Source: Planctomycetota bacterium
GTDB lineage: Bacteria; Planctomycetota; PLA2; JAEUHO01
Direction: 5' to 3'
Assembly (NCBI GenBank): GCA_965223505.1
Contig: CBDCWP010000042.1
Location: 1-64,000 of the forward strand
Length of the DNA stretch: 64,000 bases
The notes under the pieces were generated by a model. The model was given only the letters and a program-made list of their open reading frames with translations. It was not told the DNA's origin and searched no databases. How positions within the stretch are numbered: position 1 is the stretch's first letter; each line of letters starts with the position of its first letter. The position numbers and the translations under genes are program-made. Shown here one piece after another: positions 40,923 through 51,512 of the stretch.

Positions 40923-42620
40923 TTGAATACGACGTCCCTCACCGCCCGTTTGTTCCGGCATGCGGCCGCGTTGCTCGTCGCCTGCATCGCGGTGCTCGGC
41001 ACGACGCCGCGCACCGACGCGGATCCGAAGGCGATCAAGGCCCAGCTCGAGCGAATCCGCAAGAATGCACGCGACGCGTTCGCGCAGCGCGAGCGCGAGG
41101 CCGCGATCCGTGAGATCGCCAGGATCGGCGGACCCGACGCCGCCGCCGCGCTCGTACCGTTGTTCGAAGACCCGTTCGTACACCTGCGCGATCACGTGGT
41201 GAGCGCGTGGATCACGATGCTGCGCGGGACGTTCGCGGGCGAAACACAGACCTGGTTGTCCGGCAAGGCCGTCAGGGACCGCAACCCCGAGGTGCGGGCG
41301 GCAGCCGCGACCGCCATGAGCGTCAACGGCGGCGCCGAGCTGGCCGAGGTGTTCACCAACGTCGTCAAGAGCGAGAAGGACGGCCGCGTCTTGAAGGCGC
41401 TCGGCGTCGGCGCGCTGCGCATCGCGGACCGCGCCTCCATTCCCGATGTGTTCCTGAAGAAGCTCAACCACAGAGACGGCGAGGCGGTCCTCTACGCCGC
41501 ACAGTGCGCCGCGAGATTCGACGGCGACGACGCCCGCGCCGCGCTGCGCAAGACCCTCAAGCACAGGCATCCGCTCGGACGGGCGGGAGCGGTGCTCGCG
41601 TTGCAGTCGCTCGACGCGCTTCCCGAGAGCGCGGTCGCGGCGGTTCTGTCCGACAAGTCGCACGAGCCGGCGATCGCGCTCGCCGAGAGCTTGTCGCTTC
41701 GAACGAAGGTCCTGCCGTGGCCGGGCGCGGGCTTCGAGATCTGGAAAGCGCTGCTCGAGCATCCGAGCTGGCGCGTCCGCGCCGCCGCGATTCAGGCAGG
41801 CCTGCACGTGTGGGAGATGGAGATCGTCGAGCCCCTGATCCAGCGAATGGAGAAGGAGCCCGGCCGGCTCGCGGACGACGCGCACAGGGCGCTGCGCACC
41901 TTCACGGGGCAGCAGATCACGAACGATCCGGAACTCTGGCGCAAGTGGTGGATCGTGCGACGTGCGGAGTTCGACCCCGGCGAACGGCCGGAGCCCGGAG
42001 GCAGTGGACGCATCGAGCGCGACGCCACCGCGGACGCCGACATCGAGGGCTCGGTGGCGTTCTTCGACATGCCCCTGCGTTCGCAGCGCATCGCCTTCGT
42101 CTTCGACCTCTCCGGTTCGATGCGCGATCCGGCGACCGACGCGGACGGCGCGCCCACGAAGCTCGAGCTGCTGCGAGCGGAGTTCGCCAAGACGCTCGAT
42201 GCCTTGCCGCCGGAGACCGAGTTCGACGTGCTCGTCTACCGCTATCCGAGCAAGTATCCGCCGAAGCCGGTCCTCACACGCGCAGCGAAGAAGCTGCAGC
42301 CCGCGACGCCGGGCAATCGCCGGCGTGCCCGCGAGTGGCTCGAGCGGCAGGAAGCGCGAGGATGGGGCGCGTTCATGGAACCGCTCGAAGCGGCGTTCCA
42401 AGAGGACGTCGACACGGTCATCCTGCTGTCGGACGGGCGGCCGAGCCGTGGTCGCTACGACCGCGACTTCCGCATCCTGCAGGAGCTGCCCGCGGTCAAC
42501 CGGTTCCGGCAGGTGGCGGTGAATACGGTGTTGATCGGCACGAAGGGAGCGGATCGCGAGTTCATGCAGTCGCTGGCGGAGCAGACGGGCGGCCGCTTCC
42601 GCGAGGTCGGCGGCGAGTAG
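40923..42620 (+). CDS. Secreted HEAT-repeat plus vWA-domain protein
   Basis: Signal peptide; HEAT repeats; FVFDLSGSM; DTVILLSDGRP; LAEQTGG. Start uncertain (40845 or 40923). Confidence 0.85.
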   Translation: MNTTSLTARLFRHAAALLVACIAVLGTTPRTDADPKAIKAQLERIRKNARDAFAQREREAAIREIARIGGPDAAAALVPLFEDPFVHLRDHVVSAWITMLRGTFAGETQTWLSGKAVRDRNPEVRAAAATAMSVNGGAELAEVFTNVVKSEKDGRVLKALGVGALRIADRASIPDVFLKKLNHRDGEAVLYAAQCAARFDGDDARAALRKTLKHRHPLGRAGAVLALQSLDALPESAVAAVLSDKSHEPAIALAESLSLRTKVLPWPGAGFEIWKALLEHPSWRVRAAAIQAGLHVWEMEIVEPLIQRMEKEPGRLADDAHRALRTFTGQQITNDPELWRKWWIVRRAEFDPGERPEPGGSGRIERDATADADIEGSVAFFDMPLRSQRIAFVFDLSGSMRDPATDADGAPTKLELLRAEFAKTLDALPPETEFDVLVYRYPSKYPPKPVLTRAAKKLQPATPGNRRRAREWLERQEARGWGAFMEPLEAAFQEDVDTVILLSDGRPSRGRYDRDFRILQELPAVNRFRQVAVNTVLIGTKGADREFMQSLAEQTGGRFREVGGE

Positions 42621-42709
42621 CGGGGACACCGCGCCGACCGACCGGCTTCCGCGCTCGCAGTCGTCGGACCTCCGGTTAGCCTCCGTGGCCCCACTCGCGA
42701 GGACACGTC

Positions 42710-43798
<1,089 letters not shown>

Positions 43799-43898
43799 CC
43801 GCTCGAGCGTCGGACGGGCCGCGCGGGACCGGCCCCAAGACTCGTCTTCCCCGCCCCTCTGTGCCATCATCCGGCCCGAGTTTCAGGAGACCGTTTCC

Positions 43899-44288
43899 AT
43901 GCCCGACCGCCCCAGCGACATCAAGTACAGCGCCACCCACGAGTGGGTGCGCATCGAGGGAGACGAGGCCACCGTCGGAATCACCGACTTCGCCATCGAG
44001 CACCTGGGTGACCTGGTGTTCGTCGACCTGCCCGACGAGGGACAGGAGGTCGAGCAAGAGGCCCCGATGGCCGAGGTCGAGAGCGTCAAGGCGGTCGGCG
44101 AGGTTTATGCCCCGGTCAACGGCGAGGTGATCGCCGTGAACGCGGATCTCGCGGACGATCAGAGTCCGATGGCGGAGGACCCGTACGGCGCCGGCTGGCT
44201 GGTCAAGATCAAGATCTCCGGCGGCGGCGACCATCTGATGGATCTGGCCGCGTACGAGGCGAAACTGGCCAGCGAAGCGGCGGGCTGA
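43899..44288 (+). CDS. gcvH: Glycine cleavage system H protein
   Basis: HEWV, VGITDFA, LGDLVFVDLP, lipoyl-Lys motif ESVKA, DPYGAGW. Confidence 0.97.
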   Translation: MPDRPSDIKYSATHEWVRIEGDEATVGITDFAIEHLGDLVFVDLPDEGQEVEQEAPMAEVESVKAVGEVYAPVNGEVIAVNADLADDQSPMAEDPYGAGWLVKIKISGGGDHLMDLAAYEAKLASEAAG

Positions 44289-44355
44289 GCCGCCGGCGCT
44301 GCGCGCCGCATATGCTCGTACGACCTGCGGCCGCGACCTTGGGAGGGCGCACCCC

Positions 44356-45141
44356 GTGTATCCGGTTCTCTTCGAACTTGGCAGCGTCAAGATCTACTCG
44401 TTCGGAACGCTCATCGTCATCGCGTTCCTCGTGTCGTCCTGGTACACGAAGCGCCGGGCGAGCAAGCTGCTGGAGCTCGACTCGGAGCGCGTGTTCAACA
44501 TCTGCTTCGCGCTCCTCTTCATCGGGCTGGCAGGCGCGCGGTTGCTCTACGTGCTCGTCGAGTACGAGAAACACGCAGCCGAACCGTTGTCGTTTCTCTA
44601 CGTCTGGCGCGGCGGACTCGTCTTCTACGGCGGGCTGATCGCCGGGCTGCTGTGGCTCGCGTGGTATCTCCCCCGCCACGCCGACCTGAAGGGCTGGTCG
44701 CTCATGGACTGCCTCGCGCTCGGCGGCTGCTTGGCGATCTTCATCGGCCGCTGGGCGTCGTTCCTGTCGGGCGAGAACTACGGCAAGGAGGCGCCGGACC
44801 TGGCGTGGGCCGTGAAGTTCCCGTTCCACGAAGCGACCCAGGCGCCGCCCAACATCGCGCTCCATCCGACGCAGCTCTATCACAGCTTGCACGGACTCAT
44901 TTTGTTCGGGCTTCTGCTGTGGTTCCTCAAGCGCAAACCAGAGCCCGGGCGCGCGTTCGGCCTGTTCCTGATGCTGTACGCCGTCGGCCGCGTCGTCATC
45001 GAGATGTTCCGCGGCGACAATCAGGAACGCGGCATGATCATCGACGGCGAGTTTTTCCTGTCGACGAGCCAGCTGATCTCGATTCCGATCCTGTTCGTCG
45101 GGATCGCCGTCTATCTCATCCGCCGTCCGGCGGACGCGTAG
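44356..45141 (+). CDS. lgt: Prolipoprotein diacylglyceryl transferase
   Basis: GARLLYV, GGLVFYGG, IGR, HPTQLY, R..IEMFRGD. Confidence 0.92.
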   Translation: MYPVLFELGSVKIYSFGTLIVIAFLVSSWYTKRRASKLLELDSERVFNICFALLFIGLAGARLLYVLVEYEKHAAEPLSFLYVWRGGLVFYGGLIAGLLWLAWYLPRHADLKGWSLMDCLALGGCLAIFIGRWASFLSGENYGKEAPDLAWAVKFPFHEATQAPPNIALHPTQLYHSLHGLILFGLLLWFLKRKPEPGRAFGLFLMLYAVGRVVIEMFRGDNQERGMIIDGEFFLSTSQLISIPILFVGIAVYLIRRPADA

Positions 45142-45631
45142 GCTCGAACGGCGCGGTGTTGACGGCCTGCGGCAGGAGCTTCGCCGCCTGTCGTTGCACG
45201 AGCAGGTGGTACACGATCAGCACGCTGTAGCCGACGATCGCGATCGCCAGGCACGCACGGCCGAGCGGCCAGTTCTTGTGCAAGCACAGGAAGCCGACGG
45301 CGACGATGGTCAAGATCGTCTTGATGAAGATGAAGTGCGGCACCCCCAGGTGCAGCGCCGCGCGCATGATCGGGTTCGCCTCCTCGGCCTTGCCCTGCTC
45401 CAGCAGCTCGAGCGTGTAGAACGCGTCGAGGGACGAGAGACCGACGACGACGACGAACCCGGCCAGCGTCCACAAGCCCGGTCGATCGACGTACACGAAG
45501 TCCCGTTCGCCGTCTCTGCGACCGCCCCGGCGCCGGCCGAACAGGAGCCAGCGCGAGAGCATCGGCGTGGGCCGGTCTCGGCGGTCGCCGAAACCGCGCT
45601 GCTCACCGTTCGAGGATTCGTCGGAACGCAC
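45116..45631 (-). CDS. DUF5658-like membrane protein
   Basis: GRRRGGRR...YVDR; LSSLDAFYTL; EANPIM; FIFIK; TATCCT 6 nt before GTG. Confidence 0.75.
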   Translation of the reverse strand: MRSDESSNGEQRGFGDRRDRPTPMLSRWLLFGRRRGGRRDGERDFVYVDRPGLWTLAGFVVVVGLSSLDAFYTLELLEQGKAEEANPIMRAALHLGVPHFIFIKTILTIVAVGFLCLHKNWPLGRACLAIAIVGYSVLIVYHLLVQRQAAKLLPQAVNTAPFEPTRPPDGG

Positions 45632-45670
45632 CGCGGGAGGATATCCGCCCCCGCTGGGCCGACAAGCGGA

Positions 45671-47620
45671 TCAGCGTAGGTCCGCGCGGTGGCGCACGCG
45701 GTTCAACGCGACGTCGACGGCGGAACGCGCGTCCTTCGGCATGCGGGCGCGCAGAGAGGCGAGATCGTTCGCGGCCGACGCCGGAAACGTGAGATAGGCA
45801 ATTCGAAGCACCGTCGCGATCTCGCCCGGGTCCGAACCGCGTTCGATCGGCTCGACCAGGGCTTGCGCGACCTCGAGCGGCAGCACGCGATCCAGCGTCG
45901 AGAGCGCGGCCAGGAACAGCGGCCGTCGCTCGCCGCGAAGCTCCTCGGACATCGCGCGGGCGCCCGCCTCCTCGAAGTCGAGTAGTGCAGTCGCGAGTCC
46001 CGCCACTTCGCGTTCGGGCAATGCGCGCAGCCAACTGCGGAACCGCTCGACGAAGGCGAGATAGCGTTCCGGTTCGATGCCGGCGCCGCGCGAGTAGAGA
46101 AACACAAGGAGCTGTCGCAGCTCGCGCGTTCCGTCCGTTCCGGCTTCCTCGAAGAGCCGTTCGACGATCGGGATCGCGTTGGTCGCGCGTGACCGTCGAA
46201 TGAGGTTCAGCACCAGCGCGCGCGACTCCTCGTCGCCGCTGAACGCCAGCTCCTCCAGCGCTCCCAGCAGATCCTTCTGCCATGGTGAGAGGCGGTCGAA
46301 CGCGCCTTCGATCGCGTCCTTGTACAGGTGCGTCGGCCGCGCTTCGTAGAGGACGCGGAACAGCAGGGCACGCGACACGAGATCGGCCGCAGGATCGGGG
46401 AGCGTGCGCACCCACGTGTTGACGTCCTCGCCCGAGACGGCCTCACCCTTCCCGATCGCTTCGAGCGCTTTCTCGAGCTTGCCGAGCGCCGCGAGCGAGT
46501 CTCCCGCGGTGTTCATCTCGCTCGTGCAGTGAAGTGCGGTGTAGTAGATCGCCGGATCCACCTCCTCGAGCGCGAGGTCCGCCTCTCGAGCGCGCACGAA
46601 AGGAGCGAAACCGCGCATCGCGAGGGAGCACCTCGCTTCGGCGGCCGACACGCGTCCGGTCACGTAGTAGCTCTGCGCGGGCACGACGCATTGATCGATC
46701 AGCGTCGACGCGAACGCGCCGCTGCCGAGGGACATCGCCGAGGGCAGTGCGCCTTGCGCGGTGTAGACGATCTCGTTGCCGTCTTCGTCCGCAAGCGTGT
46801 AGCGGGCGACCGACGGGTCCAACCACGCGCGCACGTTGCAGAACGCGAAACGCTTGTCCCGGGGGAGATCCGACGAAAGCTCGGGACCGCTGGCTTCGAC
46901 GGCGGCGTTCCACCAGGCCATGGCGCTGGCGAGTCGTGACTCGTCGGCGTCCGGTCGCTGGGACGTTCGCAACAGCTGAGGCACCTGCCCCCACAACCGC
47001 GGAGACCCGCGCCGGTAGGCGAACGTGAGTGCGCGTTCGATGTAGGGCGTTCCGTAGAACGCCATGGCCCGAAACGCCAGGGGGCCGATCATCCGGTCGC
47101 GCGCGTCGCGCTCGAGAAACCGCAGGAGGAGATCGGCGGCGCGGGGATCCTCGACCGTGGTCAGACAACGGACGGCGCGGCGGCGAAGCTGCACGTCGTT
47201 GCGATCGACGGCGGGCTCGGTCCAGCGCAGGACGACGTCGGGCCCCTTGTCACGGATGGCGGTCAGCGCGGAGAGCACGCCGTGCCAGGGGTTGGCGTCG
47301 GGCGATCCGGTCAGACGCTCGACGAGCGCTGAATCGTCGAGCAGGCGAAGGGTGACGGGTCCAAGGGCGACGAGGTCCCGGTGTGCGAGGTCGAGGTTCT
47401 TGAGGTGGGCCTTGGGAATGCGCAGGACGCGTTGCGCTTCGGGGCCGGTGGCGAGTCGTTCGAGGGCGTAGCGGGCGCGTGTTTCGTCGGGAAGGGGATC
47501 GAGGACGATGACGGGGCGAACGGGTGTGTCGTCGGAGGCGTCGTCCGGCTCGTCCCCGCAGGCGGCGAGGGCAAGGCACAGGAGCGGGAGCGCGGTGCGA
47601 AGGAGTTGTCGAATCAACAT
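45671..47620 (-). CDS. HEAT/ARM-repeat lipoprotein
   Basis: Lipobox LAAC; helical repeats. Confidence 0.7.
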   Translation of the reverse strand: MLIRQLLRTALPLLCLALAACGDEPDDASDDTPVRPVIVLDPLPDETRARYALERLATGPEAQRVLRIPKAHLKNLDLAHRDLVALGPVTLRLLDDSALVERLTGSPDANPWHGVLSALTAIRDKGPDVVLRWTEPAVDRNDVQLRRRAVRCLTTVEDPRAADLLLRFLERDARDRMIGPLAFRAMAFYGTPYIERALTFAYRRGSPRLWGQVPQLLRTSQRPDADESRLASAMAWWNAAVEASGPELSSDLPRDKRFAFCNVRAWLDPSVARYTLADEDGNEIVYTAQGALPSAMSLGSGAFASTLIDQCVVPAQSYYVTGRVSAAEARCSLAMRGFAPFVRAREADLALEEVDPAIYYTALHCTSEMNTAGDSLAALGKLEKALEAIGKGEAVSGEDVNTWVRTLPDPAADLVSRALLFRVLYEARPTHLYKDAIEGAFDRLSPWQKDLLGALEELAFSGDEESRALVLNLIRRSRATNAIPIVERLFEEAGTDGTRELRQLLVFLYSRGAGIEPERYLAFVERFRSWLRALPEREVAGLATALLDFEEAGARAMSEELRGERRPLFLAALSTLDRVLPLEVAQALVEPIERGSDPGEIATVLRIAYLTFPASAANDLASLRARMPKDARSAVDVALNRVRHRADLR

Positions 47621-47810
47621 GGAGTCGCCTGCCGCCGTGCCCGCGGTCATTGAACCATGCCGACGGGCCTACCTCCCGTCTCCAGGGCCCTCCCCCGCCC
47701 TGCTCTCCCGGGTGACGTCACGGGGCGAGGTCAGCGCGCGGCCATCTCCGAGGACGCGTGGTCTGCCACGCGACGAGGAAATGGCAACGTGATGGCGCGC
47801 GTCCGTCGTG

Positions 47811-49379
47811 TCACCGGCAGCAGGCGGGCCAGGAGGGAGGCGCAACATTCAGGTTCTGCCCGAGCGCGCCGGCGGCGCGCCAGAGCCGGCTCTCGGCGAT
47901 GCGCAGGTCGGCGGCGGCGCGTCCGAGACGGGTGCGCGCGCTCGTCAGGTCGTCTTCCTTCTGCAGGACGCGAAACGGCGTCGACTGACCGGTGTCCTTC
48001 TTGTCCTGTTCGCCCTCGACGGCTTCCTGGGCGGCAGCCACCTCGGCCTGGGCCGCGATCAGCTGCGCGCGCGCGGTCTCCATGTCGCGCAGCGCCGCGC
48101 GCACCTCGACGACGATCCCGTTCTCCGTTTCCTTGTACCGCAGGATCGCCTGACGGCGGGCCCACCCGGCGGCTCGCCAGTTCGCCTTCGCGGCACGTTG
48201 TCCCACGTACACCGAGAAGGTGAGACCGATGCTCGCGGAGAACGCTCGACCGGTCACGACCTCTTCCAGGGACGCGCCGAAGGCGTCGTCCAGCCCGTCC
48301 GTCGCGACGCGTCCCACGACGTTGAGCTGGGGCTTGATCGCATCGTGGGCTTCGACCATGTCCAGTCCGCGCGTCGCGATGTCCGCGCGGCGGCTGCGTA
48401 GCTCCGGGCGCCCGCGCAGCGCCAGCTGCACGAAGCGCTCCTGATCGCTCCAACCCAGATTGTCATCGCTGTCTTTGTGCGACGAGTCGGTCGGGACGAT
48501 GCGCACGCGCTTGAGCACCGCGCCGAACGGCATGATCAAGCTACGGAGGACGTCCTCCGTCGCGCCGCGCAGGTTCTCGGCCTGCAGACGTTCGCTCTTG
48601 CGGCGTTCCAGGCCCGCGCGCGCCTCGGACACGGCGAGCGACGTACCGATGTCGGTCTCGAGCTTCGCCTGCTCGTCGGCGAGCAGCTCCCGCGCGACCT
48701 CCTCGGACTTCAGGCGCGCGTCGAGGTTGTCGTCGGAGAACACGAGCTCCCAGTAGCCCTCCGCGATGCCGAGCAGAAGCGACTCGAACTGCGTCGCGTA
48801 GTTCGCGCGCGCCGCCTGCATGCCGACCTGGGCCCGCCGCACCTCGGTGACCGCGACGCTGCCCGCGCCGCGTAGCAGGGGCTGTGTCGCCTCGACAGCG
48901 AAGCCGGAGCGCCATGACGGGTTGATGGAGGTGATGGCGGAGTTCGTGTCGACTCGGTCCGCCTGATAGAGCACGGCGACGTTGCCGCCCTGGCGCAGCC
49001 GCCGCGACACGCCCGTCTCGAGCTTGAAGGAGTCCTCGGTGACGTTGCCGGTGCCGGTGAAGATGCTCGCGGAGCGTTGCTCGTTCTGCGCGACGTCGAA
49101 ACCGGCCGTCAGCAGGCGGTCGAACGCCGCGTCCGCGGCCTGAAACAGCGCGTGCGCGATCGGTTCGTCGTACCGCGCCTCGCGCAACGTCAGGTTCGCT
49201 TCGATCCCCATGCGAACGCAGTCACGCAGGCTGAGGTGAAGCACCTCCATCTCCGCGGCGCCGCTCGGCGCCGGCGCCGGAGCCTCTGCGGGGGCTTCGT
49301 CGTCGGGTCGGGCCGAGGCGGCGGCCCCGGTCACCAACGTCACGACGGTCAAGCACGCGATGACGCGCAGAGTTCCCAT
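47811..49379 (-). CDS. TolC-family outer membrane efflux protein
   Basis: Signal peptide; LSLRDCV..GIEANL; TQPLLRG; YWELV; AL..RPEL; GQST.F.VL. Confidence 0.88.
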   Translation of the reverse strand: MGTLRVIACLTVVTLVTGAAASARPDDEAPAEAPAPAPSGAAEMEVLHLSLRDCVRMGIEANLTLREARYDEPIAHALFQAADAAFDRLLTAGFDVAQNEQRSASIFTGTGNVTEDSFKLETGVSRRLRQGGNVAVLYQADRVDTNSAITSINPSWRSGFAVEATQPLLRGAGSVAVTEVRRAQVGMQAARANYATQFESLLLGIAEGYWELVFSDDNLDARLKSEEVARELLADEQAKLETDIGTSLAVSEARAGLERRKSERLQAENLRGATEDVLRSLIMPFGAVLKRVRIVPTDSSHKDSDDNLGWSDQERFVQLALRGRPELRSRRADIATRGLDMVEAHDAIKPQLNVVGRVATDGLDDAFGASLEEVVTGRAFSASIGLTFSVYVGQRAAKANWRAAGWARRQAILRYKETENGIVVEVRAALRDMETARAQLIAAQAEVAAAQEAVEGEQDKKDTGQSTPFRVLQKEDDLTSARTRLGRAAADLRIAESRLWRAAGALGQNLNVAPPSWPACCR

Positions 49380-49434
49380 GCGGCGCCCTCCTCCTCCGTC
49401 CTGGGGACGTCAGATCATACGCGGTCAGCCGCGA

Positions 49435-50664
49435 TCACCGCGCGTCGGAGCGGGGAAAGTCGTCACTCAGCAGAAAGGCAACCCAGTCGGCGCTGGGGCG
49501 CAAGACGTCGTCCGAACCGGTCAACGCCTCGTGCACGCGCCGCAAGTGCGCGAGCGCCGACGTCGTGCGGATGCGCGCCAGTGCCAACAACGCGGCTCGC
49601 TCCATGCGCGGACTCTCGCACCGGTCCATGAGCCACGGCACCTGCTTCTCGCCGCCCAGCAGACCCGCGGCCCGAACGAGCGCGGTGCGCACCTCGATCG
49701 CGTCCTCGTTGGCGTACGCCCGCAGGAGCCGCTCCACCTGGTCTCTGGCATCGAGCGCGACGAAACCGTGCACGGCGGCCTCGCGCGCCGCCGGCTTGCC
49801 GTTCGCGAGAACCCAGAACGCGCGCTCGCGATCGACCCCCGTGGGCATCGCGAAGAGCGCTTCGACGATCGCCAGCTGCCGCGGGGAGGCGGCATCGAGG
49901 AAGGCCCGCTTCCACGGGTCTTTCTCGACCGTCGTCGGCGCCGGTCGGTCGTCCTTCGGCGCCGCCGGAACGGGCTGACGATCGAGCAGGCCGACCAGCT
50001 GCTGCAGCACGCCACGTTGCTCGCGCGGAATCCGCTTGCGCAGCAGGCCCTTCAGCTCTCGCCTGACCTCGGCGTCGAACAGGTCGGGCCGGACGAACGC
50101 CAGATGATGGAGCTCACGCGCCGCGTGGACGCGCGTCCATCGACCCGCCGCACGTAGTGTGTTCAGCTGGTGCGCGAGGGTCTTGCGCGCGCGCTCGTTC
50201 ACGTCCTCGATCTGGAAGAGCTTCACCTCCGCCGCGATCGAATCGATCTTCTCCTCGCCGACGAGCCCGTTCGCCAACATGCGGTCGACGAACCGGAATG
50301 CGACGCCGTCCGGCCGCTTCGCGAGGAAGAAGACATGACGCTGCTCGCCCGACGTGGGCAGCACGGGCGCCGACGGGGCATCGGGGTCGAGGGTCGGCTT
50401 CGGACCCCGCACCATCACGGTGAGGGGACCTGCGGGCGCGGCGCCGAAGAGCACGCGCTCGACCTCGAGCCTTGCGATCTGCTGGGTGCGGACCTGCTTC
50501 ACGCCCGCGCTGCGTCCGACCACGACGAGGTCGCTGCGTTTCAGGATGCCGTCCGCGAGGGTCGTGAAGCCGCGCTCGGGCTCGTCGGCCAAGGCGGACC
50601 CGGCGCCGGCGAGCGCGAACCAGGTGCACGCGGTGACGAGAAGAAGGCGTCGGAGGGAGGTCAC
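49435..50664 (-). CDS. Secreted protein with N-terminal beta domain and HEAT repeats
   Basis: Signal peptide ending ALA; SDLVVVG..EVERVLFG; HEAT-like C-terminus. Confidence 0.7.
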   Translation of the reverse strand: MTSLRRLLLVTACTWFALAGAGSALADEPERGFTTLADGILKRSDLVVVGRSAGVKQVRTQQIARLEVERVLFGAAPAGPLTVMVRGPKPTLDPDAPSAPVLPTSGEQRHVFFLAKRPDGVAFRFVDRMLANGLVGEEKIDSIAAEVKLFQIEDVNERARKTLAHQLNTLRAAGRWTRVHAARELHHLAFVRPDLFDAEVRRELKGLLRKRIPREQRGVLQQLVGLLDRQPVPAAPKDDRPAPTTVEKDPWKRAFLDAASPRQLAIVEALFAMPTGVDRERAFWVLANGKPAAREAAVHGFVALDARDQVERLLRAYANEDAIEVRTALVRAAGLLGGEKQVPWLMDRCESPRMERAALLALARIRTTSALAHLRRVHEALTGSDDVLRPSADWVAFLLSDDFPRSDAR

Positions 50665-50741
50665 AGCCCCAGAGTTTGCGCGACGTCCGTCACCGCGGGG
50701 CAACCCCACCCAGAAACCACCTGGGCCCGCTCGCTGTCGGG

Positions 50742-50957
50742 CTACGCGTGGGCGCGCGCCTGTCGATAGGTGCGAATCGAGACGGGGCGGCTGCGCGGCG
50801 TTCTCCGGTCGTCGATCTGGGCCTGAGCGACCTTGGCGTTGTGGATCTCGATGAAGCGCTCACACTCACCGGACGTGCCGACGAAGATCTGCTCGCCGTT
50901 GAGGCGAACACCGTAATACTTCGACCCACCCTGAATGCACTTGAAGACGACTTCCAT
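50742..50957 (-). CDS. Small (71 aa) hypothetical protein
   Basis: MEVVFKCIQGGSKYYGVRLNGEQIFVGTSGECERFIEIH...; AAAGG RBS; strong codon bias; dedicated promoter region. Confidence 0.75.
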   Translation of the reverse strand: MEVVFKCIQGGSKYYGVRLNGEQIFVGTSGECERFIEIHNAKVAQAQIDDRRTPRSRPVSIRTYRQARAHA

Positions 50958-51097
50958 GACCGGCCTTTCTTCAGGCCCCCCCACCACAGGGCGACCCAGT
51001 CCTCCTGGGGTCTGCCGCGGGGTCGAACGCTGCCCATCCGAACGGATGAGCGGCGGCCCACCATGCGACCAACCGCACGCAGTCCCTATCGGCACAA

Positions 51098-51113
51098 AGC
51101 AACTCGCGTACCG
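51098..51113 (-). promoter_or_regulatory. Sigma54 (-24/-12) promoter
   Basis: CGGTACGCGAGTTGCT = GG-N10-GC, close to TGGCACG-N4-TTGCW. Confidence 0.7.
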
Positions 51114-51342
51114 AGCGAACTTCGCTTTCCGATCGCCGGACCGGGCTCCGAATCCGGCGCCGCGGGACCCGCTGGGACCGCTATGTATGTCAACGTAAGA
51201 CAGCGTTACGGACAGCGAGAATCCGTAAACGTCCCCTGAGAAGTGCATCGGCGTCCTCGGATGGGGACATGAGCGCGCATCCCGGAAAACCCCCATTCAT
51301 AGGTTCTTGCGGCGAATTCCTGATTTCGCGTCCAAGCAGCGG

Positions 51343-51358
51343 TGTGCGATCTCGCACA
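51343..51358. promoter_or_regulatory. Palindromic enhancer-like site (TGT-N10-ACA)
   Basis: TGTGCGA-TC-TCGCACA, about 230 bp upstream of the sigma54 site in an AT-richer intergenic region. Confidence 0.5.
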
Positions 51359-51512
51359 ACGAATCTGTAAGAATTGCTTAACACCATCTTCAACGGCGCG
51401 ATTGCAAAGCGGGCCGTCGCCGTCCGGGTTGCCGGTTTCCGGCGGTGGCAATCCGGATCACCGCCGGGTGCCGTTCGTCACAACGTGGATACGAACGAGT
51501 TTCTCTCGAAAC

